DNA from: Eledone cirrhosa
Lineage: Eukaryota
DNA: 64,000 bases
Direction of reading: 5' to 3'
Assembly (NCBI GenBank): GCA_964016885.1
Contig: OZ024747.1
Location: forward strand, 83,576,001 to 83,640,000
Under the pieces are notes generated by a model. The model was not told the DNA's origin, did not search any database, and saw only the letters and a program-made list of their open reading frames with translations. Below, piece by piece: positions 12,814 through 26,467 of this stretch. Positions within the stretch are counted from its first letter, which is position 1, and each line of letters starts with the position of its first letter. A program made the position numbers and the translations under genes.

Positions 12814-14973
12814 GATTAAGGTATTGGACTGTTGATTTATTAGTTGTGATCTCATTATCGAGATGATTTGTGTATAAACATTGTAAACATGACACTGCAT
12901 TGTCTCCTGCGACCAGATATCTAGCTCTGACTTGTGTAAACAACAGCTTCATACCCAATCAAGAAATGATTAAATGTCTTTTTCCCCAGTGTTTCATGAC
13001 TGTCTGTCAATGGTTTGTCAAAGATTCTGCGTATGTGTACACCAATACTGAAAAACATTCCTCAAGAGTCGCATTGATACTTGACATGAAGTTAGTTACA
13101 TCATTGTGTTATACATTATACTTGGCTATGTGCTGTTGAGTAGATTTAGAATATCATATATTTTGAAAGCTTGTAGGTGGGAGTTCGTTTTTTAATTTGA
13201 CATTCAAGGGATCCTACTAAAGTTAGAAGTATTTGGGTTTTCATTCCCTACATTCTTGGTATTTCTAACTCTTGGTATTTCTTGTAACTCTTTGTAGTTT
13301 TTCAGATTATTTTGTGAAGATTCTTACTATGTTACATAGATATCTACGAGCTGGCAGATTATTTTCTGCACATCTACAATAACAAGATCTGGTCTGTTAG
13401 CAGTATTATTTCTCTTCCAAAAGATGAAATGTTGACATGTTGTTGTAGTAGGAGGAGACTGAGCAAAGCAGTGGGGTGACAGAAGCAGTAGAACAAGCTG
13501 TGTGTGTGTTTTTAAAGTAATAATCTATTTCATTACAATATTTCTTATGAAATACATTCCCTTTATTTTCATTTAATTTTTTTTTCTTGTTTATTATGCA
13601 AAATATTTATGTAAATATTTTGAAAATATAAAAAAAACAAAAACAAATGGGGGTGGGGGGACCAACTAATTTTGCTGTTAATAAAGTTGGTATTTAATTT
13701 AGATTCAAGTCTAGCAATTTTAGTGGGCAGAGAATGTCAATTAAATTGACTCCAGTATTTGACTGGTACTTTATTTTATCATCTCTGGAAGGTGAAAGGC
13801 AAAGTTGACCTCAGCAGATTTGAGCTCAGAATGTAAAGTCTTGGAACAAAGGCTACAATGCATTTTGTTCAATGCTTTCATGAGTCTGGTAGTTTATTGC
13901 TCTTTGCCAAGTGCCTTAATAATTTGTAGCTCAATGTAGTTACAAATAATATAATTTAATATAATGCTCACAGACTAACAGTTTACATTTATGATAATTG
14001 AATTTCTAGTATGATTGCTTTTATATTTAATATTATTATGGCTTATATTAACAATCATTAGGATTCTTTTTCTTTTTAAACAACTAACCTGATACATTCA
14101 ATAATTCCTCATAACACAGATATGCATAATTAAATTAATGTACTTTCTATTACATTTGCATTCATTAATCTATCAGTAATGTTGACCCCATCATTGAATA
14201 TATTATACAGAAACAACACTGATCACTCAGTAAACTAGAATTTAACCCTTTTGATATTGTGTGGCCTAGTGGTTAGGTTGTTGGACAACATGATCATAAA
14301 TTCATAGATTTGATTCCTAGATCAGGCAGTGAATTTCATTAGAAATATAGTAAAGGACTAATCTTAATCCTTTCCAACCAACATTCTCTCAAATTTTACC
14401 CCAACCACTGATTGGAACATTTGTAGTTCTGAGCAATACTATTTTACATTCAAAGCTACTGTGCAGCACCATCTCAAAACTACCGAGCTGTAAAATTATG
14501 ACAAGTAAGGTATCCATATGAACAGTCATGCACCCATGCAGCTTAGAAGGATCATTGTTTCCAACATTACAAAACTGACATGGTCTTATTTAGTCATACA
14601 TATTTAGATAGTTTCATAAGTGTGTGTATAAGGACTGGTGTATCAAGGAACTGCATTTGAACCATATATGTTATACATATTTGCTGTATAATAGTGCTCA
14701 TCTAAATACAGTATGGTTTACACTACTTGCCCACTTCTAATGATAAATGTATGGAAATCCATGCGTACTCTCTCTCTTGCCAATAAGATGAAAACATAGA
14801 CATCTTCCAATTCCAACCCACCTGAAGCCAACCATGATTCTATGGTGAAATCTTTTTGTTATAAAGTGTTCATGTTTAAATTTAAACCTTTCAATATAAT
14901 TTTATGTAAGAAATTTTTCTGAAATTTTCAACACCATCTTAATAATGAGAAAGTTTATTATATTACTAAATCC

Positions 14974-15250
14974 CTCAGGGCGCTTGCCCTGGTGGTCAGG
15001 GTGGCCGTGGTCTTTTGTGTGGTTTTCGCCATGAGTAATCCTCGGAGGTTTCCCTCCTATTGGGGAATTTTTAATTGTTTCAATTTTCATTTTTATTGTT
15101 TATATATATATATATGTTTCTATGTCCTTTTTTTTTTCTTTTCTTATATAAATAATAAAAATATTTACACGCACAAAACCCACATCATACCGTCCTGTAC
15201 CGTCTGTAATGTTTTTCTTGATGTCAGCCCTTGTGGCCAATAAAGAAATC
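14974..15250 (+). mobile_element. 5'-truncated retroelement 3' end inserted into a family 1 MITE
   Basis: 14-bp TSD ATATTACTAAATCC (14960-14973, 15251-15264); 3' terminus shared with 1010-1173. Confidence 0.75.
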
Positions 15251-15269
15251 ATATTACTAAATCCTTCCA

Positions 15270-15306
<37 letters not shown>

Positions 15307-18300
15307 TTAAAAAGTAGTTGAAAGCCAAAGGTAGTGGCTTTTATTAGAAATATGGTATGGTAGGGTGAATATTAAACTGTGGCTGATACATTCCTATTAT
15401 CTATAATGTTATTCTGCTCTCATCTTTCTGTTTGTAATGTAATAATCGTGGAATTAAATTTAAGATAATTTATTATACAAACAACATTTACATTATTTAT
15501 TGACTGGCTGACTGCTAAAGTTTGGAATGAAATGGTGCCACGACAAAAATCACTGAGACAACCCTGTAAAGTGGTATTGTTGGTATTATGACAAAATACA
15601 CTCAGTCCACCCTGTAAGGTAGTAGTGCTGGTGCCATGACATAAGGTACCTAGTACATGCAGTAAAATAGTTACCCTCAGGAAGGGTGAACAGCTGTGGA
15701 ATCCAAGCCAAAAACAGAATGTATGAGCAAGACATAGACTACCTGATGTGTTCTCAGATGAACCGAAGCATCTTTTGTTGGACCCTGCTTTAATAATTAT
15801 ATCATGTCTGCAGTCCAATGACTGAAACCAGTGAGAGAGAGAGAGAGAGATTTTAGACAGAAAATCGCTGGCTTAGGATGAACCCGGCCTCGTCGAGCAA
15901 GAACAAGAAGATGCTCTTAAACCACTGCTGATTAGGTCACACAGGTAGCAAAAGCTATCAGCCACTTCTATGGATCCTTCCTGGGATTGGAAAAAGTTTA
16001 CTTCACTGATGCTCTTACTCCTATCTCCGTACATCTGCCACATTCTACCTATTGTGTTAGTTTGCCTGCTCTCCCACTACATCTCTTGTGTACCCAAGAG
16101 TTATGTTGTCTACATCATATAGAGTTTCTATCATTTGTGTGTGTATATGTTTGTGTGTGTACAAGCAAGTATGTTTATCAATTGATATTTAATTGAACCT
16201 CTATTGCATGAAAAAGAGTTGTCAACTTTCTATAGTAATGTTTTTGATTTATTTATTTTGGCTTGATTTTATTGATTGATATATTGAAATAGCAATCATT
16301 AAATGAAGTTTTAGAATTATTCTGTACTATTGATTTTGGTTAATTGACACTTATTTTAATTTAGTTGGATAGTTCCAGAAACTGAAACCTTATAATGGAC
16401 TACTTCACAATAGTATAGTTATAATTATTTTAGTCAGGAAAATTGGCATGAATTGTTTTTGTTTTTTTTAATTGACTGTTTGATATAGAAAAAATGTGAA
16501 CAAAGTGGAAAAAAAAGTAATTTTTATTATTTTAGTTTGTAAAGTGCTGGACTGTGATACTAGCTTGCCTAGAACCATCTCTAGTTCTATTAAACACAAC
16601 CATTTTAGATCAATATCTTCCAATATTATTTTATGTAAGAATTATTTGTTAAGTTACTACCTTAATAATGAAATAATTAATAATTTTAGTAAATCACTCA
16701 AAATTCTTCATTAACTAATTAGAATATTTTATTTCATTAGAAATAAGGTTATGAGAGGGTTAAAAGTGTTTTGTTTTGTCTGTCTATATTCTGAAATCAA
16801 GTCCTGCTGTGTATTTGTGTGTCTGTTGAAAATTATTGTTGTAGTACCAGAAATTCTGCTTTTCATAATAAGGGGGCAATATAATCAGCTATTCCCTTTT
16901 TTGCTGGCCTTGGACTGTAAGGGTGTTTGACTCAAAATCGTAAGGTTGTGGGTTCGATTCTTGGACTAGCAGATGTGTTCTTCATTTCACGTTGCTTTTG
17001 ATGATAAGACTGTGCTAGGGTTAAATATTAAACACAAGAGAGTTTGCTCCACAACCACAGGATTCTAGTTTCAGTCCTACTGCATGGCTACTTGTGCAAA
17101 TGTCTCCTACTATAGCTTCAGTTACCTAATGACTAGAGAGCAGAATTTCTGTGACAAATAAAAAAAAAATGTGGTGTGTGTGTGAAGGGGAGGGGGGGTT
17201 CTGTGTTTACGTTTGTATTTGTACTTCTATTGGTTCGACGACAAAAAAAAAAGTGCGATGAAATAAGTACCAAATATGTAGTATCGGTCGATATGACTGG
17301 TTAAATCGAAGCAGTTTTCTAGTATGACAACAGTCTAACAACTGAATCCAGTAGAAGAGTAAAATAAAAAAAATATAGTTAAACCAGACCAGCCTGTTAT
17401 ATCTATATTTATGTTGTTATAACAAGGGGGCTAACTCTCACCATCTGTCACTGAAAAACTATCTTAACAATAGTGAAGGTTGTTAGCAGTTTCATTTTCT
17501 AATGTCAGCGACATCCTGCGAATTTTGCCAATTTCTTTTATCAACGTCGTCTTCATTGTAGTCACCACTATTGGAGCACCACTATGATTTTGTATTCACT
17601 AATTATTGGTGTAGCTTTACTGAGTATATGACTGCTTTATGATGTTCATAGGAAACTTTCATTTTGATTTGTGGCCTAGTGGTTAGGGTGCTGGACTCAT
17701 AACCATAAGGTTATGTGTTCAGTTCTTGAGCATATATGGGGTGTATGGTTTTGCTATCATCATCATCACTATCACCACCACCATCACTGTCACCATCATC
17801 ATCATTATATTTGATGTAAATAAAGGATACCTTAGAAGTAAAACAAACAACAACAACAACAAAAAAACAACTATGAAATAAAATGAAAAGGAAAACAAAA
17901 TGGTGTCAGGTTAGGTCATGTGTGTCTGTTCAGGTTGATGTGAAATGGTTTAGGAATTTTGTTATCACTGTAGCAGTATTTTTGTTATTTTCCTCTTTCT
18001 TGAGCAAGCATTAGGTGCTGGCTTGTTCTTTGTCAGTGATAGATTGATCACCCCCCCCCCCCCGCCTCCATCTGTCCCAACACAATCTTGATCCCCCCCC
18101 CTTCTTGATTCTATTGTTCAGAACAGATTTTTCTGTTTTTTCCTTTTTTTAAGGGGGTAAAAACAATGAATCACTATTGTTATACCCCTCCCCACTTTCA
18201 ACTAACATGGTTTCTATACTTTCCCTCTTATCTCTAGCCCCCCCCCCCCCCCACTCTCATTGACAATATGTGTTATTGCAGTTACATTGTTTATTTTTAA

Positions 18301-18394
18301 CCTCTATTGTCTTTGTGGCAGCAGTATTAACAGCAAGTGTTTTAAGGGTCATCCCCCTCCTGCTAAAGTAGGGCTCTTGCCTTGCAGGGGTGTA

Positions 18395-18623
18395 TTAACC
18401 CTTTAGCATTTACATTATTCTGTATTTACTGTTATATTTTCATGGTAAAGGCTTTACCTCATATAATTATCTAATGTAATATCAAATCTATGAGATTTTG
18501 ATATTATTTATTTTGAGAACAATACCTTAACGTCGGTATAAGTGGCCAGTTACAGCCGGTTTAAACAGAAACAGGAGAGAGTATTCTGGCTGGATATGGC
18601 CGGTTTAAATGCTAAAGGGTTAA
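18395..18623. mobile_element. piggyBac-type MITE family 2
   Basis: TTAA-CCCTTTAGCATTTA ... TAAATGCTAAAGGG-TTAA. Further copies at 18736-~18940 (inverted, partial), 28509-28732 and 61228-61613. Confidence 0.85.
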
Positions 18624-20219
18624 GGTCTTCATGTTTGTCATGGGGTCGTTCTTGAAACAACATTTAAAGCTGGGAACATGGCAAATTGAAAGTTATTGCA
18701 AAGTATCTTGTTTGGTTCTTTAATAATTCTGTGAGTTAACCCTTTAGCATTTAAACTGGCCATATCCAGCCAGAATTCTCCCACCTTTTTCTGTTCAAAC
18801 TGGCCGTAACTGGCCGCTCATACTGGTATTAAGGTATTGTTCTCAAAATAAATAATATCAAAAATTCATAGATTCGATATTATGTGAGATAATTATGTAA
18901 GCTAAAGGCTTTTACCCTGAAAATATAATAGTAAATATAGAGTAAGAACAAATAGCTAAGCATTTAATCCAGTGCTTTAACAGCTCTGCCAATTTACCAC
19001 CTGTATACATAAAAAACATCTTAGAAAAAAGGCCATCCAAATACTTAATAGATACACTATGACTGTTGTTGATTTGTTTGTTTCCATCAGTACTGGTGTC
19101 ACAATAAAATTCACCCAGTACACTCTGTAATGTGGCTGATGTTAGGAAGGGCATCCATCTGTAGAAACCATGCCAAACAAAGGGCCAATAGTATTCTTCC
19201 ATTGTGTTAAGAACATAACAACCTCCCTAGTTTTGGTGTCACAATAAAAGTCATCCAGTACACTCTGTAAAGTGGTTGGTGTTATGAAAGGCATCCAGCT
19301 GTAGAAACCATGCTAAAATCAGAATTTATGTTGGTAAGGTGTAGCGTTTGTTCCATCTGGCAAGGTAACAGCTTCAATTAAATACTGACTTGGTTGGCAA
19401 TGACCTGTCCAACTCTTCCCATTATGAAAGGTTGGACATTAAATGATGATGATGATAATTTTTCTGCTACTACTATAATAACTATTACTCTTCTGAATCA
19501 GCAAACAGCATACTACCTCCATCCAAGACTACTCAAAGCACCAGTTTCTCCTTGTCTCATCATCTTCAATTTGCCCTTATTACTCCTTACCATCTTCAGA
19601 AAATTATGCCCTAAGCACTGATCAATCACTCCTCCCCAGATCTACTTACCTTACAGTCTTTCCTCTGCCTATGGTTTTTCCTTCTGGCAGCAATCTACAG
19701 AAGTTCAAACTAAAGTTCAGCTACATTGATCTCATCTATCTGAGAACAACTGCAAAGGTCATGGGTACTGGTCTTCCTCACTCAAGAAATAATAATAATA
19801 ATGATAATAATAATTTCTTTATTAGCCACACAGGGCTTGCACCATGAAAACATTAAACAGGTACAGGACAGGGTGCTTTTGTATGTAAAAAAAAAAAAAG
19901 GTCTAACAAAAAAGGAAAAATAAACCCCATAAAATTCAAACAAAAGATAACTCCCCAAAAGTGGGAAGACTTCCAAGGTTCAGTGTGGAGGAAGCCTATA
20001 AATAATAATAATTGTTTCTACTTTTGGCACAAGGCCAGCAATTACCCAGTGCATTACTGATACTTTGTTTTATCGACCCCGTAAGGATGAAAGGCAAAGT
20101 TAACCTTGGCGGGATTTGAACTCAGAATGACAAGGGCCGTAACTCTATGCTGAAAAGCATGACGTCCGACCCTTTACCGATAATAATAATGATTTCTTTA
20201 TTTTTAAAATGATTTCTAC

Positions 20220-20250
<31 letters not shown>

Positions 20251-21341
20251 GTTTCTGATTTAGGCACAAGGCCAGCAATTCAGCTTCTATGGGGTCCTTT
20301 TTGAGGCAATGTTTTATGGCCAGATGATTTTCCTAATGCCAACTCATTTATAACAGTGATATGGTGTACCTTATTCTAAATCAGATACACATAGCTATAC
20401 CTTTACAATAAATATTTTCCACTATCAACTCAAGGTTCTGTCTTATTCATCACATAACATTTATTCACATAACATGTCAACTTGTCAGCATTAACCATTA
20501 TCTATTATCAACTTATTTATTATGCTCAGTTTTTCTTGTAATTTAACCCTTATTCATGCAAAAGCTATGCTTTTTTTCTTTTCTTATTTACTAATTTCTC
20601 TCCAATCTCAGCAAGACTATACGTATTGTCTCTCTCTAAATAAATACTATACAATTTCACATATCTCACACATTCTATATATGCTGCTTTGAAAATAGAA
20701 AGATAATTTATAGTGCATAAATTATATATGTGTAAAGGTGTATATAAATCTATATACACTATATGTATGTTTATTCTACTGAAACATATTGTATATGAGT
20801 TCATATGTCTTTATTCTGAATCATGTTGTGTTAGTGCTACCACTACAAGTGTATGTATGTTGACATACTTCTAGTTCAGTGTCAAACATATAAAACTATC
20901 TTTTATGTAATATATAAAATGTGATGTTTATTTTATAGATATTCTTTTACTCTTTTCAGTCATTAGACTCTGGCCATGCTAGGGCACCACTGTGACATTT
21001 CTTTTTTCAAGTCTGGTACTTATACAGTAGATCTCTTTTTCTTAAACTTTTAAGTAAATACAACATACACATGCTGGTCTTCTGCACAGTTTCTGTCTAC
21101 CAAAATCCACTTACAAGGTATTGGTCAACACAAGGCTATAGTAGAAGACGCTTGTGGTGGAACAGAACTTGAAACCATGTGCTAGCAAAGTGACACAAAC
21201 ACACATCTATGTTTGTACATACAGGACTAAGTTATTCTCTGTCCTGTTGTTTCAGATATTTTATCATTTTATTCTGAAAATCTCAACTGCATCTCTTGAT
21301 GTATTTTTAGAATTATATTTTTGACCACTGTTTTCTCTCTT

Positions 21342-24300
21342 TCATCATCATCATCTTCGTTTAACGTCCATTTTCCACGCTAGCATGGGTTTGACGGGAG
21401 TTGTCCCACTTGAGGCAAGGCTGGTCGGGTGACCGTGTCTCGCTCATATAGGACTATCTGGCAGGTTATCTATGGCTGGATGCCCTTCCTAACACCAACC
21501 ACATTTACAGTGTGGAACTAGGAACTTTTTACCATGTTACCTACACGGCCACATTACAGCGTGGACTGTGTGTGTTTTTTTTGTTGTGATACCTACACAA
21601 ACTCGATCTCATTTTCTCGTGCTGTTGGTGGGAGTGGGAGGATAGGGTAAGGGTAGTAGATTGGGGTGTATATTTGGTTAAGAGGTGCCTACTGACTGTA
21701 GGTTTCGCTTTGTACATAGGCAAGGCGGGTCTTCTGTATTATTGCATAGCGCCAAAGATCTCGGTCCAGAGACATTGTCTTAGAGAGATGTAAGTGTGTG
21801 AGGTTGGAATTTATCAGATCATCCCAGGTTTTTCTGGGTCTACCTACTCCGTAACTACCATACATTTTGATCGCCCTGCACTTTTTTATGCAGCTGTCGT
21901 CTTTCATGCGCATCACGTGGCCATACCAACGTAGTCTTCTCTCAAGTAAACAGCATCTGATCCCTCTTATTCCTAATTTCTCACTTAGTTCATTTATGCT
22001 TTGCCGTTCACGTATATTACTATTACACATCCAACGGAGCATGCATGCTTCGTTCCTTTCCAGTCTACGCAGGTCCTCTGCACGTAATGCCCATGTCTCA
22101 CTGCCATGTAGCATTGCTGTTCGTATATAGGCATCATACAATCTGCCTTTCATTTTTAGAGAGAAACCTTTTGTGGCCAACAGCGGTACAAGCTCTCTGA
22201 ACTTTTTCCATCCCGTTCTGACTCTGGCTACTGTACTTTCAGAACACCCTGCACCACTGCTGATTTCGTCACCCAGGTAACGGAAAGTGTCTACTATTTC
22301 TATAGAACCATCTGTGCAATGGAAGGAGCTAGTATCCTTTGGACACTTGCTACTTATTGCACCTGAGCATTGGCCACATATAAAGTCTACGTTCTTAGAT
22401 AGTTTACCTGTGATCCCACTATATCTTTTATGCACCCATACTTTGCATTTGGGACATAAAATGGAATTTCTGCCTACTCCTTTCCTACACACTGAGCATA
22501 GCCATTTCCCTGAGGGCACTTGTGCCCTATTTTCCTTTCTACAAACTAGAACTTTAGTCTTAGACAAGTTAACTTTAAGGCCTTTTGATTCTAGGCCATG
22601 TTTCCATGTTTCGAATTTCTTCTCTAGTTCAGCCATTGATTCAGCTATGAGCATTAGATCATCTGCGTATAGGAGTTTCCATGGGCAGCCGGTCTTGAAC
22701 TACTCTGTTATAACCTGAAGGGCAATAATAAGAGCGGGCTAAGGACAGTGTCTTGATGAACGCCAACTTTTACACTAAATTCTTCACAATATTCATTGTT
22801 AATTCTAACCTTACTGACTGTTTCATTATACATAGCTTGTATAGCTCTCACAAGCCATTCATCTACACCTAGTTTTTTAAGAGCCCACCAGATAATGGAG
22901 TGGGGGACTCTGTCAAAATCTTTCTCCAGGTCTACAAAAGCTAAGTAGAGGGGTTTACTTTTAGCTTGGTACTTCTCTTGTTGTTGTCGTACAAAGAAAA
23001 GAGCGTCTGTGGTACTTTTACCTGACACAAACCCAAACTGCATTTCATCTAGATCAATTCGCTCTCTAATTAGTTGCGCTATAACTCTTTCTGTGACCTT
23101 CATGACCTGGTCAACTAACTTAATGCCTCTATAGTTTCCCCTATCTAGAGCATCCCCTTTACCCTTGTAGCAGTTAATGATGATGCTGCTATGCCAGTCT
23201 TTCGGTATGACCCCATTCTGTATTACTTGGTTAACTATACGGGTGACCATAGTGTTTCCCACCATACCAGATGCCTTCAACATCTCAGCAACTATCTCCG
23301 AAGGCCCAGCTGCCTTGCTTGTCTTCATATCTTTGATTGCCTTACTTATTATACTACCTTTAACTTGCACCGCTGGTCCTTCTATTGGATCGATTTGAGG
23401 CAGACTATCTTTTTCCCATTTATTCTCCTCATTTAATAGTCTCTCGTAGTGACACTTCCAGGCTATCTTCTTATCAGTATCAGTGAGCGCAAGTACACCA
23501 TTATCATTATGGACACACTTCTCCCCGACAATATCACGGTTTTCCTTGACACATTGTCTAGCATTCCTGAACACCTCACGTTTTTGGTCCTCACGTTGCA
23601 GAACATGCTTGAACTTTCTATCCTCTGCTACGCTTTTTGCAAGGTACACTTGTCTCCTAGCTTCTCTCCTGGCCACTTGATAGTGCTCTCTACTTCCCCC
23701 ATCCTGCCATACTTTCCAAGCCTGCTTTTTGGCCTTGATTGTCTCTTCCACCACCAAGTTACTCTCCTCCTGCCAATAGGTCTGCTCCAGCCACAGATTT
23801 CATCCGTTGCTTTCAGCAGGTTCACTTTCAACAATTGCCACTGTTCCTCTATATTGCACGTCTCTAATTGCTCTTCCTTATTGTCAAAGGCATCAAGTAA
23901 TAAGCTTTTAAATTTGTCACTGGCTATGGGGTCCTTCAACTTCCATATTCTTCTCCTCAAGGTAGGCCTCCTCTGTCGTCGAGTACGTCTATTCCTGACT
24001 ATGAGGTCACTAACTACTAGGCTATGTTGGGAGGTGCATTCTTCACGGGGGAGGGATTTAGTGCTTACAACAGACATTTTGTCCGGTCTTCTAGTAAGGA
24101 TATAATCTATCTATCTGGCTGGCGTGTTCTCCTGATCTATAGGTGATCAAGTGGTTTTCACGTTTTTTGAAGTTTGTGTTACAGATAGTTAGGCTATTTA
24201 CGTCACAGAATTCCAGGATTCTGAAGCCCTCCTCATTTCTATTTCCAACCCCATAGCCTCCATGGATTCCATCATAGCCATCACTATGTTGTCCAACGTG
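21342..24300 (-). mobile_element. 5'-truncated, frameshifted RTE-clade LINE (end of APE endonuclease, RT, 3'UTR, (GAT)n tail)
   Basis: Consecutive broken ORFs: HVG..GGYGVGNRNEEGFRILEFC..ICNTNFKK..ITYRSG..QID and SQHSLVV (endonuclease); NYRGIKL, QFGF..GKST, AFVDLEKDFD, GVHQ..LSPLL, YADDL (~22650-22670) and FRYLG (RT). Tail cccatgctagcgtggaaaatggacgttaaacgaa(gat)n. Confidence 0.95.
21689..24300 (-). pseudogene. LINE endonuclease-reverse transcriptase ORF, disrupted
   Basis: Split over ORFs 24091-24432, 23628-24077, 22708-23757 and 21689-22654 by frameshifts and stops. Confidence 0.9.
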
Positions 24301-26406
24301 GGAGGGGAGCAAAGTGTTTACAAAGTTTGCGAGCGAGATGCAGGAAGGTTCTAGAATAATTATGGGGGACTTTAGGAGAAGTTTAGTTTTTAGGAAAGAT
24401 CCAACAGATTTAGACATATTAAAAAAAAACAAAAAAACATAATAATTTAAAATCAGAGAGGAAAAACGGAGAATTTGAATTTGTTGTCTGTTCTTTATTG
24501 TAATTCTAAATCCTGTTGATATCCATTCCTAAATACTGCAGGCTCTTCCTGTTTTTGTCTATAGATAAGTACTAGTACTGAAGTTAAAACAGAAATGGAG
24601 TAAGAGTTAAAGTTCTAATTCAGGAGCCAGTCCACTTTGTTGTTGACTGATAGGGATCTGTTAACTTTTTCGTTACTGTATTTCTGCTTATATGTTTCAA
24701 TTGAGTAATAACTTGATAATTAGAACATTACTTAACAAACATTTCTTAGATAAAATTATGATAGGAAGATTTGATATAAATATAAACAAAATAAATAGCC
24801 TTGTAGGATAAATCCAGTGGGGTTTCAGGCAGTTAGGTATCAAAAGAGTTAAATCAGGCAGTTAGGTATCAAAAGAGTTAAATGCTTTTAAACATTTTGA
24901 AATGAAATGATTTCATTTAATTGTCCTGCAAAATAATATAAAAGTGAAGATGTGTGTCGTAGTGGTTAAAGTATTAGACTACTCACAATTATAAGTGTCT
25001 GGCTTTGCTTCCTGAACTGCGTTGTACATGTGTCCTTCAGCACTTGCTTTACTTCACCGTGTCTTTCATGCTGGGGGTGAGACCACTATCCTCCTCATTC
25101 ATGAGAGCGTAATGGAGACAGAGCCCTCAGATACGTCTTCCAGCGGGCCATAACAAAAACAACTGTCTCCAAATGGCCCAAGTGGGACCAGCTGAAGTTA
25201 AGGATGTTATCTAACTGTTTTTTTTTCAATATTATTTCAAAATGATAGAAGTCATGAAGTTTACCGAAGAATTCCACTTTACTGGGCTCTGCTTGACCAA
25301 CTATGATCTCTGATATTGTCTGGTATCCATGGTATCCAAAGGGTTAAACATGTAATTATTGCAATTGCTTAATATTTACAAATAATTAAAAATTTGGATT
25401 CAGTAATATAACTAACTTTCTCATTAATAAGTTGAATTTTGGAATATAACTTAACAAAAGTGTTTCCATTAAAATTATGATGGAAGGTTTTTATATAAAT
25501 ATAAACACTTTAAAATAAGCAGTATTGCATCATAAGAACAGGGGGTTGGTTCAGGCAGTTTGGTATCAAAAGAGTTAATGACAACATGTGTAATCATGTA
25601 ATAAACAGCTTCATGAGCTGTATAATGATCTGTTTAGTTGTTACCATAGCATTCAGAATCAGTAGAGCATCAGACAACATGCTTTGTGGCATAGAGTTAT
25701 GGCCTTTTACATTCTGAGTTCAAATCCAGATGAGGTTAGCTTTATCTTTCATCCTTACGGGGTCGATAAAATAAAGTACCAGTCATACACTGGGATCGAT
25801 TTAATCGACTTTCTCCCTCCCCAAAATTGCTGGCCTTGTGCCTAGATCAGAAACCATCATTTGAACTAATATACTTGATATTACAGAAACTATTGAGATA
25901 TTTTCCCAGTTAGAAAACAAATCTATTCATCAAAAGGGAACTTGCTCCACCTGGCACTGATGTATTTCTAACATTAAAAGATTGGAAACTAAAGAGAAGG
26001 CTCTGATTACTACAGATAAATGGTGTGAGAATATTTAAGTAGAGAAAAATTAGAATGAAATCATGTACACATGCACTCACACTCACACACACTCATACAC
26101 ACAATAATATAATATATACCCTCATATGAATATGTACTTTCATTCATATACACATATATGCATTCATATACATATGTACATCCACACACACACATTCACA
26201 CACACACAGACATGTAGAATAATATATATTCCTTCATATAAATATGTACATTCATATACTTATGTACACACACACACACACACACATGTATGTGCAGTCA
26301 TTCATATACTCTCACTCATACATGCACTCATCATTTAACGACCATTCTTCGTTGCTGGAATATGTGTGTGTGAATTTATGAATGAATGTACATCTGGTTC
26401 TCAATG

Positions 26407-26467
<61 letters not shown>

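Noticed and set aside
16918-16970. tRNA-like A/B-box sequences (also ~14260, ~17672, ~24955, ~47170)
   Set aside because: Degenerate SINE heads followed by CORE-like sequence; no complete cloverleaf.
21867-24105. Plus-strand ORFs overlapping the LINE (also 38082-39476)
   Set aside because: Antisense shadows of the RT coding frame.
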